Below, piece after piece: positions 26,401-37,847 of a DNA stretch of 64,000 bases. Source of the DNA: Hyphochytrium catenoides. Taxonomy: Eukaryota; Protista; Hyphochytriomycota. A program made the translations under genes and the position numbers. The notes under the pieces are model-generated. The model was not told where the DNA came from, ran no database searches, and worked only from the letters and a program-made list of their open reading frames with translations. Location: positions 1 through 64,000 of the forward strand of contig FLMG01000505.1 of assembly GCA_900088475.1 (NCBI GenBank). Reading direction: 5' to 3'. Position 1 is the first letter of the stretch. Each line of letters starts with the position of its first letter.

Positions 26401-28280
26401 AGGATCCTGTCTGCTCCAGAATTCTAACCACGGGATCGCGCAGCATCTCCAGGAGGTAAGCATGCCCAACCGCATGGGAAAAAGCACCAATCACCTGTGT
26501 AAAGCAAAGTGGGTTTTCTTGCCGAATGCCTCTCTTCTATCGTCTCTCTTCTACGGGAACAACCCTTTGCCCCTCTTCTTGTCTCTTCGCGTTAGCCCAT
26601 CCTTCAGAAACCCCCAGATTTTCTAAGGTTGCCGCTCACCTTAGAAGACAAAGTGTTGGACCTAAGAAATCCTGAGGCCTGGTCTGACTCTCCAAGTTCG
26701 ATGTCTATAATGGTCTCTACGAACTTCATCAGCCGCTTGTGGCTGTTCGAGCAGTCAAACGCCATCACAATAGACTGAGAAAGGTTTTCCATGTCCTGAC
26801 GGATCTAAGAGACAGAGGTGTTTAAGCATGCCAAGTCAAGAGTTGCTTCCACTGGGCTATTAATGTCTCCTCTACTGTCAGAATATATATTTCCTTGATC
26901 GCAAAGTAGGTTATGCCAATGGTTCCAGTCCCTTATGTTTGCATTAAACTCTCCTCGTCCCACGGGTAAAAGCGAAGTCGTCCTTGTATTGTCACATACC
27001 GGAAGAACGGCCTTTAGCAGTTGAAAGTCCGGGTCGTCCACCATGCAATAAAGCAACGGTCCCTTGGAGTTCTCCTCGACTAAGTACTGGAAGGATCAAT
27101 AGAGACAGAGTCTGAGCAGAACGTAACATGGAGGGAAGAGGAATGCAAATGCGTTCCTATAAGCTACTAGCAGCTGTGAATAACCATCACAGTGTCCTAC
27201 GGTAAGCGTACCTTCAGACACCCTTCTGCGTTCAGATTTTCCAGCTGCTTAGCCTATACACGAGAGACAGATGTAAGGAGAAAGCGCAAGGGAGAAGAGA
27301 CCATAGTGCACGCCAGAATTAAGGACATATCAGGTTGAAAGTCGATAGCGAGATCTACTATACTTCGTAAAATCATGCGCACCTGGTCTAACTCCCTCTG
27401 TCTTCGTCTCTCAGTGCGGCGCTCTGCCTCTTCTCGTCTCCTGGCCTCCTTCTGCACTTCGGTTTCTTCCTCATTTGCCTCCCCTGACTTTCCCTCCCTA
27501 TATTTCTGCTTTCTCCTGTCTTTGTCGCTATTCTTCTTCTCCATCTCTTGCTTTTCCTTTTCTCCGTCCCTGGGGACAATTTAGGAGTTGTCAGGTAACA
27601 AGAGGGAACAGCTCGGAGATATTGCGGCCCCTTGAATATCAGTGATAAAAGAGACAAGGATGGACATCGTGTTATGCTAGGGTAGGGGAGAGAAGCCACT
27701 CGCTACCTCCTCTTTTGCTTATCTGCAGAGCTGTCTTTTCTTGAGAGCCTCTCGGCGGATCGGCCTGGAGGAGGACTACCGGTGCGACTCGGTCGGCTGT
27801 CTCGTGGCGTCTCTCCTGATCAGCGGTAAGTCAAATGTGAACAGGAGTGAATTCAGCACTGTAAGAAACATGACAGAGGAAGAGGAAGGAGAAAAGACTA
27901 GTAGACAAGGCGATATTCACCATGGGACGGCAGCCCAGAAGAATGAAAGAATAGACAGCGCAGCACGCCAATTCGGTGTACCGCGCTACACCGGAAGGAG
28001 AGTTATCACGGTTTGAGAGTGCGGGAGGGAAAAAACAAGCACAAGGGCTACTAAGATGACTTCCCAGTGGGCCTGAGACGGAGAAAGTATAACACCTACC
28101 ATTGGCCTGCCTAGAAGAATTGGAATCCATCATCGCCCTTTCCAACATGACGCTACCCTCGTCCTTAATCTCTTCCTTGTCCCCAATGGTTAGGAAAGAG
28201 TTGAAGATTTTCGTCATTTCCTTCTTCAGGCCGTTGCCGAACAGGCCTCCTCTAGGCTTCTTCTTCTCTTTGTCCTCCAT
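20475..28280 (-). CDS. RasGAP-domain protein with C-terminal START lipid-binding domain, many exons
   Basis: RasGAP: FLRSNTLSSK (arginine finger), VDPDRL, FFLRFVCPVIVIP, RRALMLVAKMLQNL|ANNVLFGAKEPFMEHFNSFI. START: GWGIIKASSRDVYHTVADVSVRPRWDPM...IVHYVLESPSPFMKDR|D...IRGHVPLSGFYIHP...IVFVLQTDPK|...VPSWAGNF...*. Confidence 0.85.
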
Positions 28281-28701
28281 GGTGCAGAGTAAGTCTCCTA
28301 CCTGACTCTGCGTATCGCTCTCGAATAGTTACGTGGAAATCAAATCATCTTGACTTTGGATAAGCGCCAAGACTCTTAAGAGCTCGACCGACAATGCTCG
28401 CAAGAGGCGACCGAGCAAGAAGGGATGGACACGCTCCGCAATAGGTTTTCGTTGCTTCTTAACCCTTTCCTGTGCTATAGCGGGAGAGCTTTCAAAAGCA
28501 GCTTCTCCTCTCTCAGCCTTCTTTCGCTAGGCTGCTCGATCTCAACAAGAGGTAGCAGTTAGCTCTTCTGACAAGAGTGCTTTGTTTGCCCTCGTTCTTT
28601 CGAGCTCTGTCTGCCGATAGTCTGAGGCTCCATACTCTTCTATTGCTTGCTGTCTGCTCCCGCACTGACCCTCAAGTCTCTACATCTGCACTGACTCCCA
28701 G

Positions 28702-28725
28702 CTCTCTCTCTCTCTCTCTCTCTCT
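28702..28725 (+). repeat. (CT)12 microsatellite
   Basis: ctctctctctctctctctctctct. Confidence 0.9.
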
Positions 28726-29048
28726 GTGACGCTTTCCCTATGTCTGGCGTTATCGTCCCAACCTGATGATATTGACAAAGCCCCTTGGTGATACCTTTTC
28801 CAACTCTGTCTAGTGAGCCCTGATATGTACTCACTTAGCAGTAGTATCTAGCGCATGCTCTGTCTCGGTCTCACTGTTCCTGCCTCCTCCGTCAATGTTG
28901 GCTTTACGCGTCTAATACAGCGCCGTATTGAGAACCCTGGCCTAAGATCTACTTAAGGACTACCTAACATTATACCCAAACCTATTCTATCACAGTTTCA
29001 GTTCCAAAGCGAGCCAGAAGCCACAACCCGTACAGATTGGCTATCAGT

Positions 29049-29631
29049 ATGGATTTCATTCAAAACTCCTCTCATCCTTCTGATTTACGGGGTCGAAAGC
29101 CATTCTTAGAACCGCTGGGTGGGTCGAGAGCCACTGGGATTCATTCAGATTCCAAACAGGTGAGGAGATACTGTCCTCCTTCATTCTGACCCTGTAAGTG
29201 GGTAGGACACCCCTCCTCCTCCCTCCTCAGACCGGTGAACTAGCAGCAGAAAACCATCATCAAGAGTTCATGGGCGTTAGTTCATCGTGTGCAGTGCATC
29301 ACGCACTTCTTACACTTCACGACAAGCGAGATCACATGTGGAGATGGATGCAAGCATTCGACATGTGTTTATTGGATGAGGGCAAGCTGGCCGCCAAGAG
29401 GCGAAGAGTCCAGGCTCGTCAGCCGAAGCTGAAAAAGTCACAATATTGGATCGATAGAATGTAAGCTTTCTAGACGAGTTCAACTGGCTCTGATAATAAT
29501 CTTATTGGTCTTCATGTAGGGCCGGCGGCCCGCAGTTGTTGGCCGCCTGGTCCGGGTTGCACATTGCGCCACTGCAAAGTGCACACTCATCATTGTATCT
29601 ACAGTGCGGCGCCAACCTCACGATTCCATAA
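29049..29631 (+). CDS. Hypothetical ~150-aa protein, 3 exons
   Basis: ATG at 29049. Introns 29160-29230 (gtgag...ctcag) and 29461-29519 (gtaag...tgtag) keep one open frame to TAA at 29631. No family recognised. Confidence 0.4.
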
Positions 29632-31273
29632 ATAATACTCCATATATTTTTTTATAAAAATGACACTTGTATGCGATACATTGAGACCGCCACCAAAGGC
29701 CAAAGAAGACACAGCAGAACGGCAGATGAAGGACCCACCAGCAGCAACTCACCTCGTCATAACGATGCAGCAGAAGAAACGGCAGGATAGGACCGGCAAA
29801 GATCATTGATGGTAGCCAGTAAAGGAAAGGACGCCGGAGGTAGGGACAAAGACAAGCAGAGGACTGGCGGAACGAGTAAAGGTTTATAAGAAGAAACAAA
29901 AGTATGTGTAAATGATGCAGACAACAGAAGAATCAAATAGCAAAGTAAAGAGCTTTTAGTGATGAGTCCGGAAGTTGAACGCGGCAAGGCCGTAAAGGTC
30001 CGCCTGCAACTTTCCCTATTATTACCATGGCAAGATACAAGTCAACGAAGCCAGCCTTATCTGACTCAACTAGTAGTAGATGTTTCCAAAAGTAGACTGC
30101 CAGCTGCTGCCTCAGATGGTGTTTGTTGTGCAGCAGAAGGACCCGGACGGATAGGCCAGTACAACGAGTTGTTTATGCCGCATGCTGACGAGGTCGAAGA
30201 GACGATGAAAATTGTTTAGGACCACCGACCCTTGAAGGACGCTACAGCTAGCTGCCTAAAAACCAACAAGGAGGAGACAGCAGCACGACAACACAGGACA
30301 GACAGGGTTATTACTACCAGGGCAGCTCCCCGATACGGAGAAAGCTCCAGATATTATCACATCAACAACCTTATTCGAAGAACTAGTGTTATTACTTCCT
30401 CCACCCGTTTAGGGAGGAAGGCATCTCTATAGAACTCTTTCTTCATCAAACATGCCGCATTCTCCTAATCCCTGCGTCCCCTGGTACTACGCATACTGTT
30501 GTGCCACGATCGCAAGCCTTTAGGCTGCTGCCATGACGCCGCTGCACTCATCCAATCTGAGCCTCAGCAGTGCCTTATCACTTACTCCGTACTTGATTGA
30601 AAAAACCGGGGAAGGAAGAATGGCTTAGAGTAGTAGTACTACGAAGGAGGAAGACTGGGCTTTGGTCATCGTCATGGTGCTCCTCATCAGAACCCATTCT
30701 TATATTTAGTAGGCCGATAAACGTTGTGTACTCCTCCAGTAGTCCGCTGTACAGTTATAGGTCCAAGAGGAGGCCCGTTTCCGCATCATGTGATAGAATA
30801 ATAATGTAGCAGTACTTGTACACAGGCAGCACAGACGGGATAGTTTCTTAGTGCCAGAAAAGACCCGTTAGACCAGCGTCAGACTATGGCCATTCTTATT
30901 ACGGTGCTAGCCGCGCCAAACGCCTTGTGAGTCCTACCAGTAGATTCACTGGGTAGAAATCTATAGACTTTTTTTTCTCGTCTGAGGAGGTCTTTCCATT
31001 CACAAGATATGTGTGGGTGTGCCTTTTCATAGGTCCGCTCATCAGTTCTTGAGATTAAGAGGAAGAGACTGGAGCTCTTCACTCGCAAAGGCAGTGAGTT
31101 GCTTCCAGATCCTTGTGCAGTCCCTTTCCCTACGTAATGGATCCTATAACCAGCACAAGGAGCTTGGCCGCCCGTCCTTTCACCAAAGCCCATCCTGATC
31201 GCTTTAGGTTCGGCCCAGCTTCCCATTCCTAAACTTAGGAGTCAGCTATCAAACCCCCAAAGGCGCCGAAGAC

Positions 31274-34200
31274 ATGACGTTATTTGCGGCTCGAGAAGCG
31301 TGGGATGGCTCGTTAGGGATTCGCGCTCGACTGCCTGCGCGTCTGGCTTATATAGTCACGAGCAAGCGGCGGAGCTTGATCGTTGGATTGTTTGTTCTCT
31401 TTTTTCTAGATTACGTCATCAAGCATCCGAAGGTTAGTCCCAATGCTGAGCTGCTTGGATATCGTCTTTGTGTTCTCACACAGTATTGGTGTTCGTACAG
31501 GGCTTCTTAAGGCAGTCTCTCCTGATTTCAAGCCCACAATTCGTGAATGAAGCTTGTGGCTGGGACTATGAGGCCTCCTGGACGATTGGAATAATGAAGG
31601 GAACGTCACCCCTTACTTTACGATTCCCAAAGGACGTTAGGAACCCAATAGTCACCTGCGCAATGGTGAAGGACGTAAACGTCAGCTTTGTGGCTGATCC
31701 CTTCTTATTCATCCCTTCCGAAACGCGGGCCTCACTTCATGATGAAGAAGCAAAGGCTGACTTTGATTTGGTCTTCGCACACCAGTCCACTTGGTTTTTG
31801 TTTTTTGAGCAGAAGAATCTACAACGGTACATTGGAGAGATCGGGGCACTGATGAGCATGGATAGTGGGCAAACTTGGCAAAGTGTGGGAACAGTCCTCA
31901 GAGAGCAGTTCCACTTGTCCTATCCTCTCGTCAAGTTTCACGAAGCCTCTCGAAGGTAAGTCTGCTGGAGCTTCGCTTGGGACCACGTAGTAAACGAACC
32001 ATGCTTCTCCCGCTCCATGCCACGACGTTAGATTTCTGATGATACCTGAGACGAATGAAGCGAATGCTATTCGGATATACACGACATCCATTGAGGAGTT
32101 TCCAAGGGGTTGGGTTCTTCATAGGACCATGCTGACGGGTAAAGACAGTAGATAGCCTTCCAAAGACTTCCTGAGCTTCGCTTACAATGGTTATCTCCTA
32201 GGAAAGGAGTTTGTTGATACATCTCCTGTCTTCTTTGAGAATACATGGTGGATTTTCACCACGGTCTCGGGGACATTGTATCTGTACTACACAGATGATC
32301 TTCTTGAGCCCTGGCAAGAGCATCCGAACTCGCCCATCTACACGAAAGAAAAGCGCTTTGGGCGGAGTGCTGGACCTCCTGTGGTGTACGACAATTACAT
32401 ATACCGTTATGCCCAAGACTACTCCCGGTGGTACGGAGAGAAGACACATATTTTCCGTGTGACTGAGCTCAGCAAGACGCGTTATTCGGAAAAGCTTGTC
32501 CATACGGTGAAATGTGGCATAGGAGAGTGGTGCGAGTATCGACTTCATCACATCGATGCGCATGCACTGGAGACACATCAGTGGGTGGCTGTAGTCGATG
32601 GAGACAACCATCCCTACAACTATGAATGGAAGAAGCGCGAAGGCACGTGGACTGCACTGAAACGGATAGCATTGTTGTCTTTGTTTTTGACAATTATGCG
32701 CTTCCTCTGTTCAACGAAGTCGGATTCCAGGATGCCAAGGAGAAAGAGCTTGACTATACTAGTAGTTGGCGAGAGACGAACGTTCAGCCACATCCGGTCG
32801 ACACTCAGCCGCTCTGTTGCTCTGGGCTTCGTGGCCGTGAACTCGCTTGTATTCCGTTCCAACAAAGCTCTCATAGAACGCTTGGCTCTGGTTGCGGACC
32901 TGTTAGTCTTCTACAGATTGCAGGTCTTAGCGTATGCAATTAGTTGGCTGGCGGCCTTCACAATAATTCTGCTAGGAGTCATGCCTCGCTTGTGCTGCTA
33001 CGATTGTAGCTATGACCATACGATCTGGTCAGAAAAGTCAGCGACCTTGCAGGACTTAGTTATTGTGACTCAGGCTAGTCAGGGCTATTTCGATAGGCTG
33101 GAGAACTTGGTTGGATCAGTGCATGTCTGGGAGCCACAAGCAAGAATCGTTATTTATGATCTGGGCCTAGCTCTGTGGCAGGTAATTGACTGGTGGACGC
33201 CTTCTACTGAGTATACTACTAACTTCTTATATATGTAGAGGCAGAAAGCACTCTGTTGGATGAATGTGGAAGTCCGGGAGTTCAACTTCACACAATATCC
33301 AGTCCACGTGAAAAGCCTATGGAACTTTGCTTGGAAACCCCTTGTGATTGAGGATGCTTTGAGACTGGATTCTGCTATATTAGTGCTAGACGCGGGAGTT
33401 GAACTACGGCGAGAGCTGACGCCAATTAGGAGAGAGGTAGGTGAAGCTGCAATACCACCGGTGGTCTGTGATATCTAAGGCACACATGATATCCCAGCTC
33501 GTTCGACATGGCTATTTCGGCACCAATCAAGTCGGCTTCGTTTTGGGTGACACTCACCCCGTGACCTTGCGAAAGATCCTGGACAATATTCCAGAGTCAC
33601 CTCCACCGGAATACTTTGCCAATAAGAAACTTTGTGCTGGTGGAATCCAGGGCTACCTTAGGCACTCAGCAGCCTGGCAACAAGTAGGATCGCGCGCCAT
33701 CAATTGCTCGCTTGACCCAGAGTGCATTTCTCCCAGCTTTCCTGTTCGACAACACAACTATGACCAATCGGTCTTGAGCCTATTAATGTATACATATGGC
33801 TACAAATGCGATGATGAAGATCTATACGCGCAGTGGTTTCTAGGGCAGACGACTCCAGATGAGACCGCCAAGAATGACGTGGTCTTGGCTCTTCGTAAGT
33901 ATAACCATCTAGGGCCATATCGCAAGCATATTAAAGTACAGGTGAGGTACCCGTTCTGTTGCACAAAGAACAAGTCTTAACTCTTTGACATCAAGCAGAC
34001 GAACTGTACTCCATTGCAAAGCGCAAATAGGCACTCGGTTGTCGAAAGTAGCGCTCTTTTGGTCGATGAGGAAGTGAAGAAGTGTTTATTGGACAACAAG
34101 TATGTGATGACCGCCTGTGAAGAAGCCCTAGCGAAATCAGCATCCACCGGTGGCATCACCTGGAGATTGAGGATGAAAGCTGGATGGAACCACGTCAGAT

Positions 34201-34331
34201 TCTCCTGCTATAGAGCATTTTGGTGTCCTTGGGCTCATGTCATTGCTGCATTTGTTACATTGATAGTCTCCTTTGCCTTAATAATCCCACGGAAACGCCG
34301 CCAATCCGCTGGGCATCCGAGATGGGATTGA
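31274..34331 (+). CDS. Membrane protein: GINT1-type N-terminal beta-propeller + TM + DUF1647-like glycosyltransferase-fold domain + C-terminal TM
   Basis: Propeller: CGWDYEASWTIGIMKGTSPL, NPIVTCA, FVADPFLF, WFLFFEQKN, GEIGA...DSGQTW, FHLSYP, MIPET, FVDTSPV, WQEHPNSPIY, RYAQD, HHIDAH, WVAVVDGD. Second domain: IVTQASQGYFDRLENLVGSV, IVIYDLGL, FNFTQYPVHV, FAWKPLVI, VLDAGVELR, CSLDPECISP, HNYDQSVLSLL. Six short GT-AG introns. Confidence 0.85.
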
Positions 34332-34617
34332 TATTTATAACGTAGCAGCTGACAACAATGCGGTGTACCTCACATTAGTATGTTGCGCTTATGAGCTAAG
34401 CGCTTATGATCACACATTGGTAGGTATAACTGAGGCTGGTCTTGTTAAAAAGTTAGCAGACCTGACGCTGCTGCTGGAGGACGTAGGTTGGGGAGGCACA
34501 ACTCAGGTAACATGGTGGTCCACTCCCTAGGAACATGTGCAACCTTGAAGCTATTGCAAGTTGCCATGGCTTACTCTTTATGAGCATGAGGAAAGGACTG
34601 CAAATCAGTATTCTGAG

Positions 34618-36141
34618 TCACGCAATGTGATCGTGCCTAGGCAAAGTATAGCTCTTCCGCCGTATGGCTGAGGGTAGTAGCTGCCTAAAGGAAGAATGGG
34701 ATAATCTTCCGCGACAAACAAACATTCCTACCACAACGCCTAAGAACATAAGGCGGATCAAGATGTACTTCACCCAATCGACTTCGTCCTCGATGTAGCC
34801 CGATCGGATGCATATCGCTAGTGCCGAGAGTCCACCAATCAAACAACTGGAGCCTAGCGGATAACCTTCCAGAAATCGATGGATCTGCAGCATATATGTG
34901 GTGTCTATGTTATGAAAGGTCATCCACATATCGTGCAAGTCTGCGACCTCATACAATCTTGGACCTCCATAAATTCGAAATAGAGATTCAGCCGCGCATC
35001 CCCAGAACTCGTGAGGGGGATACTGGTGCATCATAGGATGGGCCACAAGTCTTGTCCCTGTCTTCTCCGCACACTGGGAGACGGTGAGATCATGGTATAT
35101 AGTAGAGGGACATAAGCCCTTGTGATAACCTTCGATCATGGATGTGACAGATTCGCGGCTGAAAATTTGACCAGCTCCCAAGTGCAGATAGCCGAAAGGA
35201 TTATCGCCAAACGCGTCTTTCGTCCCGATGCGAAGAGACTGCACAAAGTGCCAAAGCACATTCGGCCGCAGGTATGTACTTTCGTTGCACATAACAAAGA
35301 AGCTTGCTTTGGGAAACTCTTGAACAGCATGAGACCATATCCTCCATGTGTCTGGAAGGGCTTCGACAGACTGGCGATATTTTTGAGTGGTGGATGACTC
35401 TAGAGATACTGAACCATCCGATGTTATGAAGCGGACCTTATAACCCATGTTGGCCGCAGCCCCTCCCCAAGACCTCCGGACGGCCTCAGACTGAGCAGTT
35501 GAGGCGTCACCTGAGGTGAGGATAAGAATAGCCACTTGGTCAGGGCTTGTCAAGTGGCTTTGAGCATCGATAGGTGACGATCTGTAGCTTTGCAGAACTT
35601 TTTGAAGCATGTGAGTGTCTGCCTGGTATCGCACAGGATGCTCCCCCAGGGGACTGGGTTTGCATGCAGACGCCATTAAGCTCACAATCACAGATCGCAA
35701 TGTAAAAAGGCCCAGAATAATACCGAGGGCCCATAAAGGCCAATGCCTGTAGTTCCATAGCAGGTGAAGCTGGTGACACCAGCGAGCACGCCTACTCCTG
35801 GTTTGATTCAGCATCGCTGCTAGATAGGAGGCAGAGAGGTGAGAAGTGTGCAGGAAGTCGGTAGAAGTACTGCTGCCATAGCCACTGTTCAGGGTGAGCA
35901 GCCAAGCAGCAGCAGGCCGTACTGTTCCCGCTGCATGATAGTTATTACCCTTCCGTCCTATCTCCCTTCGGAATGGAGAGGTCCAGCCAAAGCTCTCATC
36001 GATCTGCTGAAGAGGAGGCAGAAAGCGCTTGGCCTTCGTCTCTTGATGCATCCTTTGACAGCGCGAAGTTACTCCGCGCCAAGCCTCTTGGGTGAGCAGG
36101 GCAGCAACCTGCAGACCGCCCTTCTCCAGATCTTGATCCAT
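34618..36141 (-). CDS. GT31 / Fringe / C1GALT1-like protein, intronless, lacking DxD
   Basis: 507-aa ORF with a TM anchor (LWALGIILGLFTL), VAILILTSG, AVRRSWG, FFVMCNESTYL (DDD position), LGAGQIFSRE, HDLTVSQCAEKTG, MTFHNI and a hydrophobic C-terminus. Confidence 0.75.
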   Translation of the reverse strand: MDQDLEKGGLQVAALLTQEAWRGVTSRCQRMHQETKAKRFLPPLQQIDESFGWTSPFRREIGRKGNNYHAAGTVRPAAAWLLTLNSGYGSSTSTDFLHTSHLSASYLAAMLNQTRSRRARWCHQLHLLWNYRHWPLWALGIILGLFTLRSVIVSLMASACKPSPLGEHPVRYQADTHMLQKVLQSYRSSPIDAQSHLTSPDQVAILILTSGDASTAQSEAVRRSWGGAAANMGYKVRFITSDGSVSLESSTTQKYRQSVEALPDTWRIWSHAVQEFPKASFFVMCNESTYLRPNVLWHFVQSLRIGTKDAFGDNPFGYLHLGAGQIFSRESVTSMIEGYHKGLCPSTIYHDLTVSQCAEKTGTRLVAHPMMHQYPPHEFWGCAAESLFRIYGGPRLYEVADLHDMWMTFHNIDTTYMLQIHRFLEGYPLGSSCLIGGLSALAICIRSGYIEDEVDWVKYILIRLMFLGVVVGMFVCRGRLSHSSFRQLLPSAIRRKSYTLPRHDHIA

Positions 36142-36642
36142 GACTTCAATATTTTGGTAATCACCTCAGATATCTTGGGTCATAACTCAGTTAACGCGGG
36201 TCAAGTCATCCGAATAATTCAGGTTGACGTTGAGTTAGGAAGGCCAATGAACTCTGTCATCAATTTCAACAAATGCTGCGGTAGGCGACTAGTAGAGGTC
36301 AAAACCTGGGTACCCAAGGATATTTCAAAATTATCCAGAGATACGCAGACAGCTCTTCAGGCTCCACAACTTGTCTGCCGGGCAGGTTGGAAGAGCTCTC
36401 TGTAGATCCTTGTAGATCAGAAGCCTAACTAGGAGTGAAGCTCCAGGATGACTGCCACTTCAACACGTCCAGTCGAAAGCCAGGTGTCACCGCACTGATC
36501 GAAGCTTCGTATGCAGTTCTCATGGCTATCACTGAGCCCTTGATAGAATAATCCGCCAGGCTACTTTCCCTTTAAGGAGGAGGCGCTTGCTGGTCTGGCC
36601 GTTGAATCCTTATCCTTAAGCAGTGGAAGCGCACAGCTGACG

Positions 36643-37803
36643 ATGGACGACAAATGCTATGTTGGCACTCATCTCTCACCCATAGAGAGTGCTAGGAAGC
36701 GTGTTTCGGATTGTCGGAATGGCTGCCCTGATGGTATTTGCGATGACTTTTCCGACCTTTCAAAGAAGGAGCAGCTGCGACAGTCTCCAAGATTGGGTCT
36801 TACCCTTGTAGGGCTATATGGAGTTCTTGTCTCCATAATATGCCTCTATCAATGCTCTCGCATAGACGATCTGCAACTGCAGGTTGTAAAGAGGATGCAG
36901 CCACCCTTCGCACTATCTCCGGAATATGGCGCCAATAGATCGCATCAGGATGGTTGTGATCTATGCAGAAGTTCATCATCACGAAGGAGCTTGTCAGATA
37001 ATGCTAGTAGGGGATATCCAGTTCCAAATTACGTGCACTTTGTTTACGCTAACAAGCAAGACGCGGTTCCAGATCTTCCATATTGGGTTTATCTTAATAT
37101 TGCGATGGCCAAGGATGTGCAGAAGCCTGAAAAGATCTTCTTCCACTGTGTCCAGGAACCTCGGGGCAGATGGTGGGATAGGGTGAAAAGCTGGGTGGAG
37201 ATGCATATCATTCGGGACGTGACGGAAATTTTTGGAAACCCTATATACCACAGTGCCCACAAAGCTGACATCATTCGGATGGAAGTACTGCTCAAGTATG
37301 GAGGTATCTACTTTGACACAGACGTCCTTCTGCTAAAGAATCTGACACCTCTACGAGCCTTCCCGTTCGTCATGGGAATTGAAGAACATGGGGTCGGCCT
37401 GGGAAACTCGGTAATGATCTCCGCCCCTGGGGCAACATTTTTGGAAAGGTGGTACGAGATGTATCGTACCTTCGATCACACCGATTGGGACTATCATTCA
37501 GTCCAGCTGCCATTCCACCTGTCTCAGGCTTATCCCACGGACATTGTGCTTGTACCCAAGGCAGGATGGTTCTATCCCTTCGGAGGGGTGAAAATCAAGC
37601 TATTCGGAGACTCTATATTGGACAATTCTAACCATTGGGCTCAGCATTTATTCCACAACATGGTGAAGTCGAGATTAGATGTGGAGGTTACAGGCCCGAG
37701 TTACTTCTTCAGAAAGCGTAATACGTACACAGTGGCAATAGTCACACGCAACACCACGGATTACCCGCATGTCATGGAAGCCTTGACGGTCGGAGAGGAC
37801 TAG
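36643..37803 (+). CDS. Glycosyltransferase family 32 (DxD sugar-binding; A4GALT/SUR1-like), intronless
   Basis: Type II TM anchor; VPNYVHFVY; AHKADIIRMEVLLKYGGIYFDTDVLLLK; LGNSVMISAPGATFLERW; WDYHSVQLP. Confidence 0.9.
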   Translation: MDDKCYVGTHLSPIESARKRVSDCRNGCPDGICDDFSDLSKKEQLRQSPRLGLTLVGLYGVLVSIICLYQCSRIDDLQLQVVKRMQPPFALSPEYGANRSHQDGCDLCRSSSSRRSLSDNASRGYPVPNYVHFVYANKQDAVPDLPYWVYLNIAMAKDVQKPEKIFFHCVQEPRGRWWDRVKSWVEMHIIRDVTEIFGNPIYHSAHKADIIRMEVLLKYGGIYFDTDVLLLKNLTPLRAFPFVMGIEEHGVGLGNSVMISAPGATFLERWYEMYRTFDHTDWDYHSVQLPFHLSQAYPTDIVLVPKAGWFYPFGGVKIKLFGDSILDNSNHWAQHLFHNMVKSRLDVEVTGPSYFFRKRNTYTVAIVTRNTTDYPHVMEALTVGED

Positions 37804-37847
37804 GTGGACATCACTGAGCTGATTTTCTCAATTGACCAATGCGTTAA

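Noticed and set aside
30655-30696. Minus-strand ctgatgag...caaa, hammerhead-like
   Set aside because: It lacks the GAAA core and a pairing stem II.
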